NCBI RefSeq assembly: GCF_052425735.1
Contig: NC_135758.1
Span: forward strand, 32,364,001 to 32,428,000
DNA length: 64,000 nucleotides
DNA from: Oculina patagonica
Taxonomy: Eukaryota
Direction of reading: 5' to 3'
In this document: in pieces, positions 23,701-37,378 of the stretch
How the letters are laid out: every line of letters starts with the position of its first letter
Position numbering within the stretch: position 1 is the first letter of the stretch
The notes under the pieces: model-generated
Database searches by the model: none
Seen by the model: only the letters and a program-made list of their open reading frames with translations
Told to the model about the DNA's origin: nothing
Position numbers and translations under genes: made by a program

Positions 23701-26700
23701 TATAAGCCGAGCGATTTTTTCACCAAATTTTACTGAAAACTGGTCAAAACTTAACAAATATGTTGATTTGCTGCACATGGATTGTTTTATATTTTGAAGG
23801 AAAAATTGGGTCTCGGCTTATAGCCGAGTGTTTTGGGTTTATTTTTTGTCAGAGTCGAACTGGTTCTGAAAACCAAAAGTTTAGGGTCTTGGCTTATAGC
23901 CGAATAAATACAGTAGCTAATAAAATGTAGTTCAGCTACAACTGTAACAATTTCTTTAGTAACAAATTTGGCTGCTTATCAGGCTGGTAGAATGAAGCAA
24001 ATAGGATCTTGGACTTGGGCTGATAACTTTCGGCATTTGCTAACAACCACAAAATTTTATCGCTACTTTCAGTGCAGGGGGTCTTAACATTTGCAACTTT
24101 ATGGTGCCCTTATAGATGTCTTATACACCAGTTGAAGTCACAAGGTCTAATTTCAAAATATTACTTATGCTTTAATTTCTTTTTTTACATAATTTTCCCT
24201 TTCTCACTTTGTTCTTTTCTTTTTTTGGGGGGGGGGGGGAGGGCTGGCTGACATATGCCCACGACCCCACCCATGCCACTTTCCAGGAGAACGGGCAATG
24301 GAAAATACAACATAACTCATCAGGAAGGTCTTACTTAATGGTTAAGGTACAATGATGTCAACAATATTCAAACCTACGACAAGCTTACCCCGTAAACAAG
24401 ATACAGCAAACTGTTCCAAACACTATAAGAACTTTCTGTGATAATGCAGACTGCTGACGGAGAACAAGTCTGTGAAGGTCATTCTGCAAACAAAACACAC
24501 ATAAATCTCAATTCTGCACTCTTTGGAAAAGGAACAAAAAATCAGATACTACAACCACTGGTTTACAAAATAAGGACATAGATATAGGACCCCTAAGGAT
24601 CCTATTTAAGGATGGGATAAGGTCTTAATCAGATATACAACCCTGCTTATTAGGCATACTCACAAGCATTGTGTCTAATGCACTCTTAGCAAGCCAACAA
24701 TTTAAAAACAAAGGGAGCCACAAATTTCTCAGTGGAATATAAAATATCTGCAAAACAAAAAGTATTGTGATCATTATTGTCTAAAAGTGGAATTACCAAA
24801 AACTTGTATTGAAGGGCAAAAATAGTAACAAAATATTTAAAGCTTACTTACAGATACTAAAAAAGGTAATCCTAGAAAAATCTCTGCAAAGAGACGGCCA
24901 TTTACAATTTGATTAAGGATTGAGCCTCCCTAGAAAACAAGAACAAAATAATTATCATGAAATGTTAAAAATTCATGCCGGGACAATGCACCATAAGACA
25001 AATATAATAAGTATTAGTATAATTTCAGAGGTGATTATAAGAATTGAAGCATTCTGATTGGTCGAGAAGCTCGGCTTATGAGGCTATATTCACCCCGCGC
25101 GAGGTGATTATAGCTTTGAAGGCTTGGTTACTTAGCCACGCCACCTTTGACATCCAGGGAAGTAAACATGGCCGCTTTTGCTGAATGAAAATTTCTTTGA
25201 TTTGAAAGAAACCAGTCCAAGTCCTGGATATTTTAAACATTGGGAATTTTTCAAATTAACTACCAAGACTTTTGGACCGAAAATATTTTCAAGAGATGGT
25301 TCTCAAGGCATTAGAAATGATCGTAAACACGGCGGTTTGGGCGATCGATGAGAAACTCAGTCAGATCGATTGAGCAAACATTATCTAGTTCTCTTTTCAC
25401 CGGAGCTACTCATTTTAAGAGGATTCACACATTCGCTTAGAAGTCATCCACAATCATACAAAGGTAACGGACATCTATCTTTCTCATTGTGTTTGTTTTG
25501 TTCCGTTTTATTGCTTTAACTAAATAAATTCTGATTGCAATCGATGATTTAAACTGGTTTACACCATATGCAAGCGAACACTTGTGTTTGCTGTTTTCTT
25601 GTTTGCTATCGTTATTTTTTTAAGTTCTTGATGATCACCTCTAAAAATTATACTAAAACAATTATTTGCCTCAGGCTCAGTGATTATTGTTGAATAATCA
25701 CTTCGCCTTCGGCGAATAATTGTTAATTATTAGAGAAATTACCTTGTAAGTTAAGTAACTAAGTAGAAATGCATCCAGCATACTATAAACTGCAATGATT
25801 GTCTAAAAAGGAGAAAATTAATAAAAAGCAATTATCATAAATTAGATGAAGTTTTAAAATTACTGATAGACAAGTTAAAGGCAGTGGCTTAAACTGGCAT
25901 ATGAAGGGGTGTCCAATGGTAAATTTGAGACTTTCCAAGAGGGCGAGACCCATGTCTTTACTGTAAGCCTGAGACCTTTATACCCTTGCAAAAGAAATTG
26001 AGACTCTGAGAATGTGTCCCAGAAAAATTCAAGACTACAAGACCCCTGAAATTTGGCTAAAATTCTGCAAGACATTCATTTTTTGATTAACCATGTCCAT
26101 TCATCACCCCTAATGAGGCTTACCTAGTACAGGTAAAAAAAAGTAAAGTCTGTCTCCAAGCCATGAGGCCCATACAGCCGGAGCTTATCCCGGTTTCCGT
26201 AGCATTAAGCAACTAGGAGTATTGCTACTCCCCCCTGGATGGGATGCTAGTCCATCGCAGGGTTACCCCCCAGCAGAAAATTCGCCGGTACCCATTTATA
26301 CACCTGGGTGGAGAGAGGCATTGTGAAAGTAAAGTGTCTTGCCCAAGAACACAACGCAGCGCCACGGCCAGGCCTCGAACCCGGGCCGTTCAACTCGGAG
26401 TCGAGCGCGCTAACCATTAGGCCACCACGCCTCCCAACTACCTAGTACAGGAGTCATACATTATTGCAGGTGTCATGAGGACACCCACATCATCATACTT
26501 CAATTACATAAAAATAGAGATGCAGAGAACAAGTCAGAAACAAGAAGTTCGGTATTGATATAACTGTGTTGGGAGACTGCATTCAGCAAATCGCAAAGTG
26601 AATAACAAATGGTATTTCCTGAGATTGTACTCATTCCTTACATTATCAGGGATGTAGTTAAGAAAACACTAAGCCTGCTCATCAACAAACCCAGCTAGCA

Positions 26701-29700
26701 TTTCTGGCTTTGGCAGCTTAAAAAGTAAACCTAACTCTTTTTTTCATGTGAAATTTCAGCCGGATTTAAGTTCTCTTTCAGCCGGTGAAATTAGCCGGCA
26801 GCCTGCCCTTAGCGACATTCCTCAGATGTTTATTCTTCTGAAGCTTACCTGTATAATCCATAGTTCAAAAGGTCTATGAACCCACAGCAATGACCACCAA
26901 TAACTGAAAAGACCAAAAAGACATGATTTTGACTTGACATGCAATATGACACATCAATGACCAACAACTTCAATGAGTAATTAGCTAAATAGTCATTCCT
27001 GCCCCTGGCATTAAACAGAATTGATTTTACATTTCTTTACTTGATAAATCATTAATTAAAAAGGTCCTTTAAAAGTTTGTAGCAAGAAATTGGGTACTTG
27101 ACTGTAATTAACTAGATACAAAAAAACATATTGATCACTGGTAGTTAAAGGTAAAAATGTTAAGCCCTGAAGATGAAAATGTACAGTTATGGCATGTAAG
27201 ATGATTTGTGTAAGATTCAAAATACAACTTACAATTCTCCTTCAATGTATTCAGGACATGACCACTCTGTGTTGGCAGTTCTATTTTCTGGACATCCAAA
27301 ACTATTGGAGTAAAATGTAAGTTTATATATTTATCTCCATAACAATTAGTTATAGTGATAGTCAAGACAGTAGAGCTTTTATGACATACAACTGTATTTT
27401 CAACCCTCCAAGTTTAGACAATTTAAGTCGCCATGGTGACTTACATTTTGGAGCTGGCAACTTAATTGGAACCAAAGACGCCAGCCTGGCGACTAAAATT
27501 GAGAAGAAGGATTGAAACATGAGCTTAGTTTAGCGACTAAAATTTTTCACTGGCGACAAAACTTGAGCAGTGGGTGGTGGGTGGTGATTTATAAGGGTCT
27601 TTTAAAATAATGTTACCATAATTTAAAAGCATTTTATTGAGCCATGAGAGCTTAATAGAGTTTTGACACCTCTCTCACAATAGACATCTTGTTGAAGTAC
27701 AAATGAAGTAAATGAACTAAACAGAACTTGGCTTCCTTCTAAAGTAGTCAAACCCATTTCTTAAGCACATCTGCTTTAGAGCAAGTAGAATCAAATAAAA
27801 AGTCTGTATTACAGACCAGCTAATGCCAGTCTCGGGACTAGGCGTTTTGACTGCCCCTGGATGCTAGTCCATCGCAGGGTTACCCCCCAGCAATAAATTC
27901 ACCAGTACCCATTTATACACCTGGGTGGAGAGAGGCACTATGAGAGTAAAGTGTCCTGTCCAGAAGCACAAGGCAGTGACCCCAGCCAGGGCTTGATCCC
28001 AGACTGATCAATCTGGAGTTCAGCGCACTAAAAATTAAGCCACTGTGCCTTCCCAAGAACCGCATTATGGTGTACATATACTTACCCGCCTGCTTGGTTA
28101 GGTTCTGTGTCCTGGACACTACGAACAACATATAGTGCACATGACACTATCTTCAACGTGAAGCGGAATATCTGCCATCTTATACCTATTCGGATAAATT
28201 AGTACACTAAATTAAAAAATATTGCAAAACAAAACACAATTGACTTGAACATGTTAAAAAATTTTATGTTTTTGTTTTATAAGGAAATTAATTTTTCACA
28301 GAGCTATAACATAATATATTTAGCATTTTTTTAGGATGTACAAAATTATTTTCAAATAGTTTATTTTTAATAAGGTTATTTAACAAACATCAAAGACCTT
28401 AATGAAAAGAATGATAATTGGCCATTTGAGTTATCCTTTGCCTCTGTACCAAAACAAGTCTATGTGCGAAACCATTCATATGAAAAAGAGTTTCACCTTC
28501 AGGTCCATTTTTATGCAAATCAAACTCATTTTCATTTGAATGGTTTTGCACGCAGATTCGTTTTTGAAATAGAGGCATAGGGTAACTCGGAAATGGCCTT
28601 CTGTGTTAACAAAATGTTTGAAAGATTAAGGCTCAATTATTTGAGAACGCCATGTTTTGATATAGTTCCTTCGATTCTTCAAGCACTAATCTATAAGCAT
28701 TTCTAAAATTATTTATATGATTCGTATTTTCAGAATTCTTGCTCTAATGTTATTTTAATATTTAACCAAGTCATAATCAGTAGTTGTTACAGGAACAGAT
28801 GGTAAACTGCGATATGACCAATTTGAATTTTTGTTTCTTTAATAAAAAGAAAATTTAAAAAATTAACGGAATCAGAATTTTTTCAAGTGACCAAGAAAAA
28901 CTATTCAATAATCTCTTTAGAATATAACATGGGTAGAAAATACAACAACAAAGTTATCTTAGCTCTCTTTTAAAAGTAAACTAATTTTATTGCTTCAAAA
29001 GCAATTCATGTACATGTATAAAAAATATGGGAATAAAAATCGTCAGAGATTAATTTTTATTTGAAACTCTGAAAAAATTTAAACATTTAACTTGGTTTAG
29101 TAAGTTTTAAACTGATTAATAAATTAAAAATTCAGTGATCATCATTAACCTGTATTACTTACTAGATCTTTGATCAGTTACAAAATAGAATTTAACTCTC
29201 TCTTTAAATGACTTGTCATGTACATAATGCTCAACGTGCACCCTGTAAAAATTAAATTAGAGTTATCTGAGAAAACATTGACAGTAGAGTCACTTTCAAG
29301 AAAGCATATAGGCATATATATTTAAATTAAAAATTGACATTTATTTTACAGATCTTGATGTATATACAATTACAATTAAATATATACCTATGGGAATTAA
29401 TTATCATGTCAAATGACTGTTAAAAACATAATTTTTTAGATATTATTACAAATATTTATTTATTCAAAGAAATAAAGTTCTGACCCATAGATCAGTCTGG
29501 AAATAATTCTACAGCTGCTGGAAACGCAGCTTTAGGAAATGAAAGCTCAGTTTAGATTGCAAACTCAAATTATTCAAACAGGATTTTACAGTCTTCAAAA
29601 TTATAAGCTTAATTATTATTCACAATCAGGCATATCTGTTAGCTTCCTGTTTTAGACTAATGGAGGTTGAAATTTGAGGTGAATCACCATGACACAAATG

Positions 29701-30984
29701 ACGCCACTCCTGTCATTAATTAGGCAGGTAAAGAGCCAACCTCCTCCAATCATTATTCCTACACAGGTATTATAAATTTATCAAATGTAAGCATTTTTGC
29801 TTGATATTTAGAATTCAAATTCAAACTTTTTTCAGTAATCAATCATAAAACAACAATCAGACAGAGTCTGTCAATTCACACCACAAAAGAAAAAAAATTG
29901 TACATATTATTTGCACTAAAAGAAGTGATTAGCTTGAGCATCTTGTGAATAAAACGTTGATCAAATTATTTAAATTGCAAATCACCCTCTCAAAAAAATA
30001 AATTTAGTAAAAAATTTGGCCAATCCACTTCAAAGCAATTCACTAATCGCTCCAAACTATTAGAAAGTACAAGCTTTCTTATCGCCAAAAATTGATGATT
30101 TACAATTTGAAATCTACCGACATCAAAATTAATGAGGATAATGCTTCAGGGAAAAAATGTTTCGAATGCAGCTGCTGCGCGCGTTTTGGAAGTGAGAGTT
30201 CTCAGCTCGGTATAAACACTTCATACATACAGTTCAACATAAACAAACTCAGAAATGTTCGCCTTTAATATTTAAAAGCCAACTTCTCTGGTTTTCTGAA
30301 AGGACTACATATTAAGCTTAAAATTAAACAAAACCCTTGGACTATTAAAATACAATAGGAGAAAATATATTTTTCTTTCGCGTATTGACCGCAGCAAGCG
30401 GTTAAAAAAGCTCTTCAAAGCTAAAATACTGCCATTGGCAACTAAGGGTTTCGAGAAAACAATTACCGCAAAATCGGCAATTTTATTCATCGTGTACAAA
30501 CGGCCCCCAAAAAGAAAGGGTTTGACAAGATGCGATTTACTGTAAGAAGCTTTTAAATAACCTACAAATGGCTCTATCACTTATCACTCTAAATTTTTCG
30601 AACGCCATAAAGGGCGAGTACATTGTAAATCATCTCTTCTTCTTTTTCCCCCCGATTTTCATTTAGCATAATCAAGAAATAAAGCAGGCTAGTTATATGG
30701 TTAATTCACTGCAACAAGCTGGGCAGATAAGAGCTTTCTTGACAAGATATACAGAATAGGGTTACATGAAAACAAATCATCTCATTGCGTATGAACTGTC
30801 ATGAATGATAATTAAACGCCTACCTTTCCTTGTCCTCGCCTTTATCTGACGAAAGAAGATCCCTCAGTCGATACCTAGGGACAAGAGAATCGAATTCATT
30901 CGCAACAGTAGTGATAGCGACCGGTTTGGGGGAGTTCTTGACTTTAGTCTGTATTCTAACTTTCTTCCCTCCGCTCGACGCCAT
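10019..30984 (-). CDS. KCNT2: Slo2 / potassium channel subfamily T (KCNT1/KCNT2-like, Slack/Slick family), 28 exons, 1132 aa
   Basis: Exons 5'->3': 30984-30824, 29242-29163, 28185-28086, 26903-26849, 25802-25743, 24929-24852, 24747-24664, 24483-24389, 23613-23433, 23238-23074, 22651-22515, 22157-22094, 21983-21875, 21330-21222, 20666-20523, 20169-19907, 18940-18664, 18129-18021, 17770-17595, 16638-16567, 15786-15649, 14783-14633, 14326-14219, 13569-13486, 12677-12564, 12156-12054, 11125-11044, 10118-10019. All GT..AG with compatible phases; 3399 nt. Slo2 motifs: [88 protein letters not shown]-terminal PDZ-type NTSL. Likely co-orthologous to vertebrate KCNT1 and KCNT2. Confidence 0.95.
10160..10394. 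mobile_element. MITE, TAGAGC(G/A)GTTTTCA-terminus family (degenerate copy)
   Basis: Homologous to the element at 15917-16202, in reverse orientation. Confidence 0.65.
12865..13031. mobile_element. Palindromic MITE (same family as 7248-7415)
   Basis: AATAGGCCAATTCCGATATATT...AATATATCGGAAATGGTCTATT inverted termini. Confidence 0.7.
13755..13920. repeat. About 165-bp fold-back inverted repeat (MITE-like) in a KCNT intron
   Basis: Arm ATACACGGATCCAGAGTTTCAGA..AAAGTGAGCACTCATTAAGTCAG pairs with CTGACTTAATGAGTGCTCACTTT..TCTGAAACACTGGATCCGTGTAT with few mismatches. Confidence 0.8.
14729..15428. repeat. Local tandem duplication (units of about 325 and 375 bp) including the acceptor and 5' part of KCNT exon 22
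   Basis: GCATGTT(T/A)GAGGCGTGTGTCAGCT..GCTCTTGGAAAGCA(T/C)CTGCCAACCAAA occurs at 14731 and 15056; both units end in GGAAGGAACAAGTT. Confidence 0.8.
15917..16202. mobile_element. MITE with TAGAGCGGTTTTCA...TGAAAACTGCTCTA termini
   Basis: About 25-bp imperfect TIR; related copies at 10160-10394 and about 38270-38525. Accounts for the spurious ORFs 15828-16121 and 15937-16191. Confidence 0.75.
16875..17112. mobile_element. Harbinger-like MITE
   Basis: GGGCCCGGTTGTTCAAAGC...GGAACAACCCGGTCC imperfect TIRs. Confidence 0.6.
17123..17325. mobile_element. piggyBac-like MITE
   Basis: TTAA|CCCTTTTAGCCCCAA...TTGGGTCTTAAGGG|TTAA. Confidence 0.7.
23686..23913. mobile_element. Tc1/mariner-like MITE
   Basis: TA|CCGTATTTATTCGGCTATAAGCC...GGCTTATAGCCGAATAAATACAG|TA. 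Confidence 0.8.
25010..25730. mobile_element. Non-autonomous Crypton-like repeat
   Basis: Internal inverted segments TAGTATAATTTCAGAGGTGAT / ATCACCTCTAAAAATTATACTA; terminal CTTCGCCTTCGGCGAATAATTGTTAA hairpin. The family assignment is from pattern recall only. Confidence 0.45.
26134..26438 (-). mobile_element. Full-length tRNA-derived SINE
   Basis: A-box TGGCCTAATGG, B-box GGTTCGAGGCC, body TGTGTTCTTGGGCAAGACACTTTAC, T-rich tail; 13-bp TSD TACCTAGTACAGG (26121-26133 / 26439-26451). Confidence 0.9.
27853..28056 (-). mobile_element. Degenerate copy of the same tRNA-SINE family
   Basis: Shares CCATTTATACACCTGGGTGGAGAGAGGCAC..GAGAGTAAAGTGTC. Older copies at about 21470-21720 (+) and 33330-33570 (-). 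Confidence 0.75.
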
Positions 30985-33900
30985 ATTTTTTTTCAACTGT
31001 ACGTGCAGTCATGCGCAAACTCTTGGAACCGTTGATGTTTTTGTTTTTGTTTTTTCGCGGGAAAAATCAGCAAGGCCCAAAAAAATTCCGCGTAGGTTTT
31101 CGCAGAATTTGAAAACTATTTCAGCTTAAAATCAGCCCACATCAGTAGACATCATTACTACAATCTTCAGCCCTCGTCAAATACTTTGAAAATTCATGAA
31201 TTATTAAGTCCGTCGGCAGAGTAAACATCACATATTTTTGGACCTGACAAATTTTAAATTTAGTGAAAAAGTTAATGAAAACTTTGTTGCAAAATGAAAA
31301 TGAAAAGTTTTTTTCCCAAGGAGCCAACCACTGTTTTTTATGGAAAATAAAGTCGTCGCTCACTAATAAGCGAATTTTGCGGAAATGTAAGCCGGTATTT
31401 TAATTAAGTCAGGCGCCTTTTCTGGCGGTCAAAAAGTAGTTTTCAATAGTTTCTCAGGGGCGTCTTGTGGCTAATCAAGAAAAACTAAAAAGACTTTGTT
31501 TCCTAAATTCCTCACGCTATTATAATCCAGTAATAAAAGAAAAACAATTCAAAAGTGTCTTGGAGATCAAAACATAAAATGGTCGTAACCTGGGGGCATA
31601 ATTTCCGAATTTAACAGAGAAAATCACGCTGAAATATTTATTGTTCATGTCCTGTCTGCTCTCGAGAACTAATCTGAGAAAATAACAACTAAAGAATGAA
31701 AAATATTCTTTAAGTTCACTTGGAATCACTGAAAAAAAAATACAAACTAATTTTCCACAAAATATTTTCTTTCAACTATCTTTACCGGAGAAATTGCCGG
31801 GAAAATACTATTGTTGTCGGAGCAGACGATTAGACTCATCTTATGAAAACTAAATGACATTTAACTGAAAACACCGCAGAAGTTAAATTGAGTGCAATGA
31901 TCTAGAAGAACGTGGTTTTTTATTTTGAGGATATGACAATAAACCGCCAGGTGAAAATCTTTGCGTTTTGGTTTCGTGGCAACGCAGCGGGAACTTTAAC
32001 GTAAACAACAATTCGATGCTCACTCTGTGTTTCAATGAAAATATTATAAATTAGTGAAACCGTAACCGCATGTGTGAAAAGGGTGTTTCTTTATTCCTTC
32101 GAGTATGTTTTTCTTCTCAGTGTGATATTGAAAGAATTTATATCGAAATTTACGGGTCGGTGTGAAAAATTTATACATCGTTCACGCTATGCGTGCGGAA
32201 TTTAATAAAAAGTTTTGCTTCTGATGAAGATCAGTTTTACTGAAAACACTTTCCTTAAAAGTATTAAAGATACTTTTTTATTTTAATTCTTTTAATACAA
32301 CTGCAGCTTTTAACTGAAACTACTCAAACAGCATTGAAACGTAATCAACTGATACAAAAGACCACAAAACGCATGTTAAGAAATACGAAGTAATAGGCCT
32401 GCAATGCGTGAAAAAGAAAACGCGTGGACAGTAACAAAAACGCAAAGACGTATAAAGTTCTTTAATTCTGGCAATTGGTTTGATTTACGTTAGGTGACGT
32501 ATTTCATCCTCCACAGAATATCATCTCTTTTATATGAATTTTTAAATAGCACATATAAGCTGTGACTTTTGTTAACAGTGTTCAGTTACCATCTGTACAG
32601 TAATCGCAACCAATGCAAAGATCTCGAACATGCCACATTTATTCAATAAGAAAAACGTGATACATCTCTCTATAGTGTACATGAACGTATGCGTTGTTAG
32701 ATCCCAATTAGTTACAAAAATCGAACTGCAACGATGGACGTTTTGTGTTGGAAATTTTCCCCTGCGCCCCGTTCAGTGTTGGAGATGCGAACTGAAGATA
32801 TAAACAACGACTTTTGAAACAACATTGCACTGGGGAAAGGGGCAAATTTTTTCCAACACTTGTGCCCATGGTTATGTTGACGAAAACATTACAAGAGACT
32901 TCGTTCAGTTAGAAAGAAAAATAAAAGCTCAGAAGACATCGTTACGCTAGTGAATGATGTAAAGCTAAGCCTGCACGCGGTTTCCGTATGTTACGAGAGA
33001 TTTTTCAGGTAGAAGGTAGAATTTTTTCTGGTTTAAAAATATCGTGATCAGTTAAGCCTTGTGATAGTGAGGCAAATAGTACAAGTGTTTTAACCTGCTG
33101 CTAGAACGGAAAACTTACTGGTTGTGGTGACAAAGCCTTGTCGTATTTATGAAATTAGCTTTAAGTTGTTGTAAATTTGAACGACGTATTAATGAGATTT
33201 TTGCCGCCTATTTGAATGAGTAATCAGATACACAATTCTAGTTTCGTCATAAACTCCTGTATGCGGTCCTCTAACCATGGTGCTTTATCCCCCTAACAAG
33301 TCCCCGATGCACGTAAAATGAACAACTAGAGCTATTGCCACTCACTCCCCCTGTATGAGATGTTTGTTTCACACAGCTTAGCTATTAACATTCTGTCAGG
33401 TTGCTTCAACATTTCAACGGTATCTATTAATACTCTTCGGGAAAAGAGAGAGGCACTTTGAGAGTAAAGTGTCTTGCCCAAGAGAACAACACAACGGGAC
33501 CGCAGCTAGCACTTAAACCTGCACCGCTCACCCTGACACAATTCAACAAACTAACCACCCCCTCGCCTCTCTAAAGAGGTAAAACCAGAATTTATAATAA
33601 CCGATATTTTTTTTAATTAGCCTGCCTTTTCTACAGCTGGTACGATGTTCACAACATGCTTGTAAGTTTTCTCTTTTTCTTAGATGTGTAATAAACCTTA
33701 ATCTGTAAATTTCTGGACGTCTGTGAGCTTCAAGATTAATTTTAAAAAAAATGTGGAAATTGACATGAAGACCTTGTTTTTAACAGGAACGTGACGCTTA
33801 TCTGAAAGATTCAGCAAAAGATCAAATAACCGGCGAGGACATTAAGTATTAAGAAAAGGGTTTCATCGCATTAGAAGCAAATTAAGAAAACCATGCGATC

Positions 33901-36900
33901 CATTAGCGGCAGGGAGTTGAGTAGTGCTTTATCAGATTGACTGGGTTTTTTTTTAATAAAAATATCACATTGAGAAGACCTTTCAGGAAAAAAAAGGATT
34001 TAGTGACACTTTCCTCTTGCACGATTTACAGTTTTCAGATGACAAATGCGTACATAAGATTCTTTATAAAGGAGAACTTTGGATGGAAGAGAACAAGTCA
34101 ACTGGTTCTTCTCGTTTCTTAATACGTCAGAAGATTATCCCCTTGCTCGCATACATTACATGTATGCGAGACTAAATTAATAAATTAGGGTGAAAACTGT
34201 CTACTGCATAAATTATTTTTTATATATTGAATGATCGGAAGGCAGTGTCAAACGCCAACCTTAATAATCAATTTTTGGACAGACGTTCTAAGTATTTTCC
34301 TGTGGAACTTCTTCAGGTTAAGGATATGAACGATAACATGTACACATGGTGAACATCTTCGAGCATTATTTGTGTTTTAACCTGTAGCTATTTTCCGGTA
34401 CTTGTCACTTTTTAAATCCCTTCTTAGAAATCATCGTTGATCATTATCAAATTCGCTCAGCACCGCTTTAGTAAGATTCAAATGGCCACAAAACACTTGA
34501 GCACACGTCTCATCTTATCTATTGACTTGAATCTAAATTCTCCCAAAGGTAATTTGAAGAATTGTATGACAAATACCAAAAACATTAAAGAGAGTTTGTA
34601 TGTTGATCTTTCGGTAACAGGTGCGCTGGCTATGACTAAGCTGTCTCTTGTGTGACTGGTTGTATTATGGGCTTGCTGTCGGCTAATTCCAATTGTTTTC
34701 CGTCTCTGTTTAACTTTGATCGTTATAAGCGTTCGCCCGAGTTAATGAAAAATAAACAATTGCAGCTCTGAAAATTCACACGCAAAAATATAATAATTTT
34801 CTTCAGCAAATTTTCTGTTTTGGTGGTTAAGGCATCAAAATATGTGCCTGGCTATAAATTTAATATGTCGATGTTATTAAAATACACACACAAAATTTCC
34901 CGGACATGTTGCGCTTACATGACAAAGTCCGCTTTCTTGTTGTCAAAACATTAAACTCATTATCACTTGTAAAATTTCAGTTGTCCTTCTCGGTTACTAA
35001 GCATTTTTTCCGCTTAGAATGAACTGATCTGAATCGCAATATAGTGTTTAACAATTGATGAAACTGCCATTCATAATTCACGTTTCGACCTAGTAGCTTT
35101 TAACACTGCTTGGAGTTCATATGCATATTCGTATCATGATTCATTTCTCGCGTAAAACGCAGGCCGGATCATTATCATTTGACATTTTCAAAGTTACAAA
35201 CAGTACGTATATACCTTGACATAAGCACGTCACCGGGTGTCCTTTAAATTAAAAATGGTTTATATTCAGAAAAACAGCTCATAAGCGCAGATGATATTAA
35301 AAAAAGTTGAGGCATGCAATGAGAATGGCGCTGAAACCAGAAATTACTATAAATTATGATCTGCCTTATAAAACAGTCCAGGCCATGTACGAGTTGTTTT
35401 CGAGCGACAGAATATTTGCAGTCGTAACTAAAAGAGAAAACAGCGGTTTGCTATGAGTTGACATCAAAATGGCATGCATTGCCAGTGTTGTGTTGCTGTG
35501 AGAGACCAAACAATAAACTATGCCTTGGATGTTTTGTGAATGTGTTGTGCATGTGTTGAAAGTAATACGAGCCTCAAGTAAATATCTCGCTGGCAAATAA
35601 AGGGAATAAATTCGAATCTAGTGGCGATATTTTTTAAGTGGATGACCGCCCGAGTCAATCGCTTGTAAAAAGAATTTCCTGTTTGAAGCGAAAGTCATGT
35701 TATGATGCCGTGAATGCATGGGCCCCTGTATTCACGCGAAGTAACGCATCATTCGCATTAAACTCCAACCCACGTAGCGGGGATGTATGCGCTTTACATA
35801 TTCAAGATGTGGTTTGTTTTTGTACAATACCTTGGATGGCTTGCTAAACTAGGAGGCAGAGGTGGATACAACATAGGAACATCGTCAGAAGATTGGCGAT
35901 TCGCCGTAATTCCGTTTGCCATCTTGCAAATTTTGGTTAATCTAAGGAATTATGAAATTTCCAAGCGAGCATATATTATTGATCAGCAATATACGAACAA
36001 TATGACACTCGAATGGTTTCCAGCGGTTGCATGGGTTCCTTTTGTAAAATCGACCAATTAGACTACAAGTTGATCATCAGACAGACAGGTGATTTACCTT
36101 CTTCTTTATTCAAATACATTAGTCAAAAATTATTAATAATACTTGCAAATAACGCTGGCTTGAAAAATTACTTGTCTTGGTGTTTTTGTTGTCAGAAAGC
36201 CTGAAAAACGAAGATTTTTATCACAAAAGCTTCGTAATCATCGCCTGCGTATTTAGTTATAATCTCAAAGCGAAATGTGAATATCCATAGCGAAATACGC
36301 GTCGATTTTTTTCTGTATTTTACTGTACGTAATTGCCCACAAGTAACTACAAAGTTCACGGATTAAAAGATTTTGGGTTCAGACTAAAAAATGATATAAA
36401 TACAATGAAATAAATACAAAGTAGTGCTTAGTGACGAAGGTGTCAAAAAAAATCATTAATTTACGGAATACCGGGAAACGAAAGAATTATCTCCAAATTA
36501 TCATATCTCCCTGATTCGTGCTCATGACCACAATGGGAGTATACACTTAAGATATATATTTTCCTAATGGTCTTGATATAAACACAATTAGTTCTTGTCT
36601 CCCTCCGCGAAGACAATAGCACTCAACAAATAGGAATAAAAATCGCTGGTATACGTCCCACAAACAGTTTCAAATATTTCTGCGACGTTGCCAGCGATTT
36701 TCACCGGTTAAAAAGTTTAAAAATCTTGAAAATACCTACCTGCAGTTATAAGTCTATGATTCGAATGTTGTGAGCTCGAAAATAATTTTTTTTAATAATG
36801 TACAAGTTTAATTTCTTGCAACGGATCAAATGATCAAAATTTCGTAGGGGTTTAATATTATTAGTAAACATAAGAATTCTGTCAACAACAGTATTGAAAT

Positions 36901-37378
36901 GAAAATCGGTCGAAACTTTACAGTTATCTTGGGAACTTGCTTTACCGGCCCCATTGAATTTTTTTTGTGTGTTTGTGTGTTAGACTTTCCCCAAGTCGCT
37001 CGTTTTTTCTTTGCATCTATAGTTACTAAAATATAATCGCTTTGAAATCAAGCGCAAAAGACCACTTGAGTAAAATCGGCTTTGAAATCGCGCGCAAGAG
37101 ATAGCGCGGGATTCATTTCTGTGAACGCGCGCGCGAACGAAAACAAATGGAAAACCAATTATCGGAATAAAATAGTTAGAAATACACGGAGAAACGCTAA
37201 ACGTGATCAGAAATAATGACATCAAATGCTGGTTCTTCCTCATTCACTGTGATACAGTAAATGCTACGGAAATTCACAAAAGTTGAAATGAGCATTAAGT
37301 CTGAGCAGGGCGCAAACAGACAACAGCTGCTTTTCAGAACGCGCTCAAACTAATTCCACTCGAGATAATCGTCCGCAT

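Noticed and set aside
27135-27365. Possible extra KCNT S1-S2 loop exon (CHNCTFSS...)
   Set aside because: Exons 3 and 4 already join in frame, and I found no convincing acceptor/donor pair with matching phase.
35638-36061. Membrane-protein-like short ORFs
   Set aside because: No family motif and no consistent splice chain, so I cannot support a gene call.
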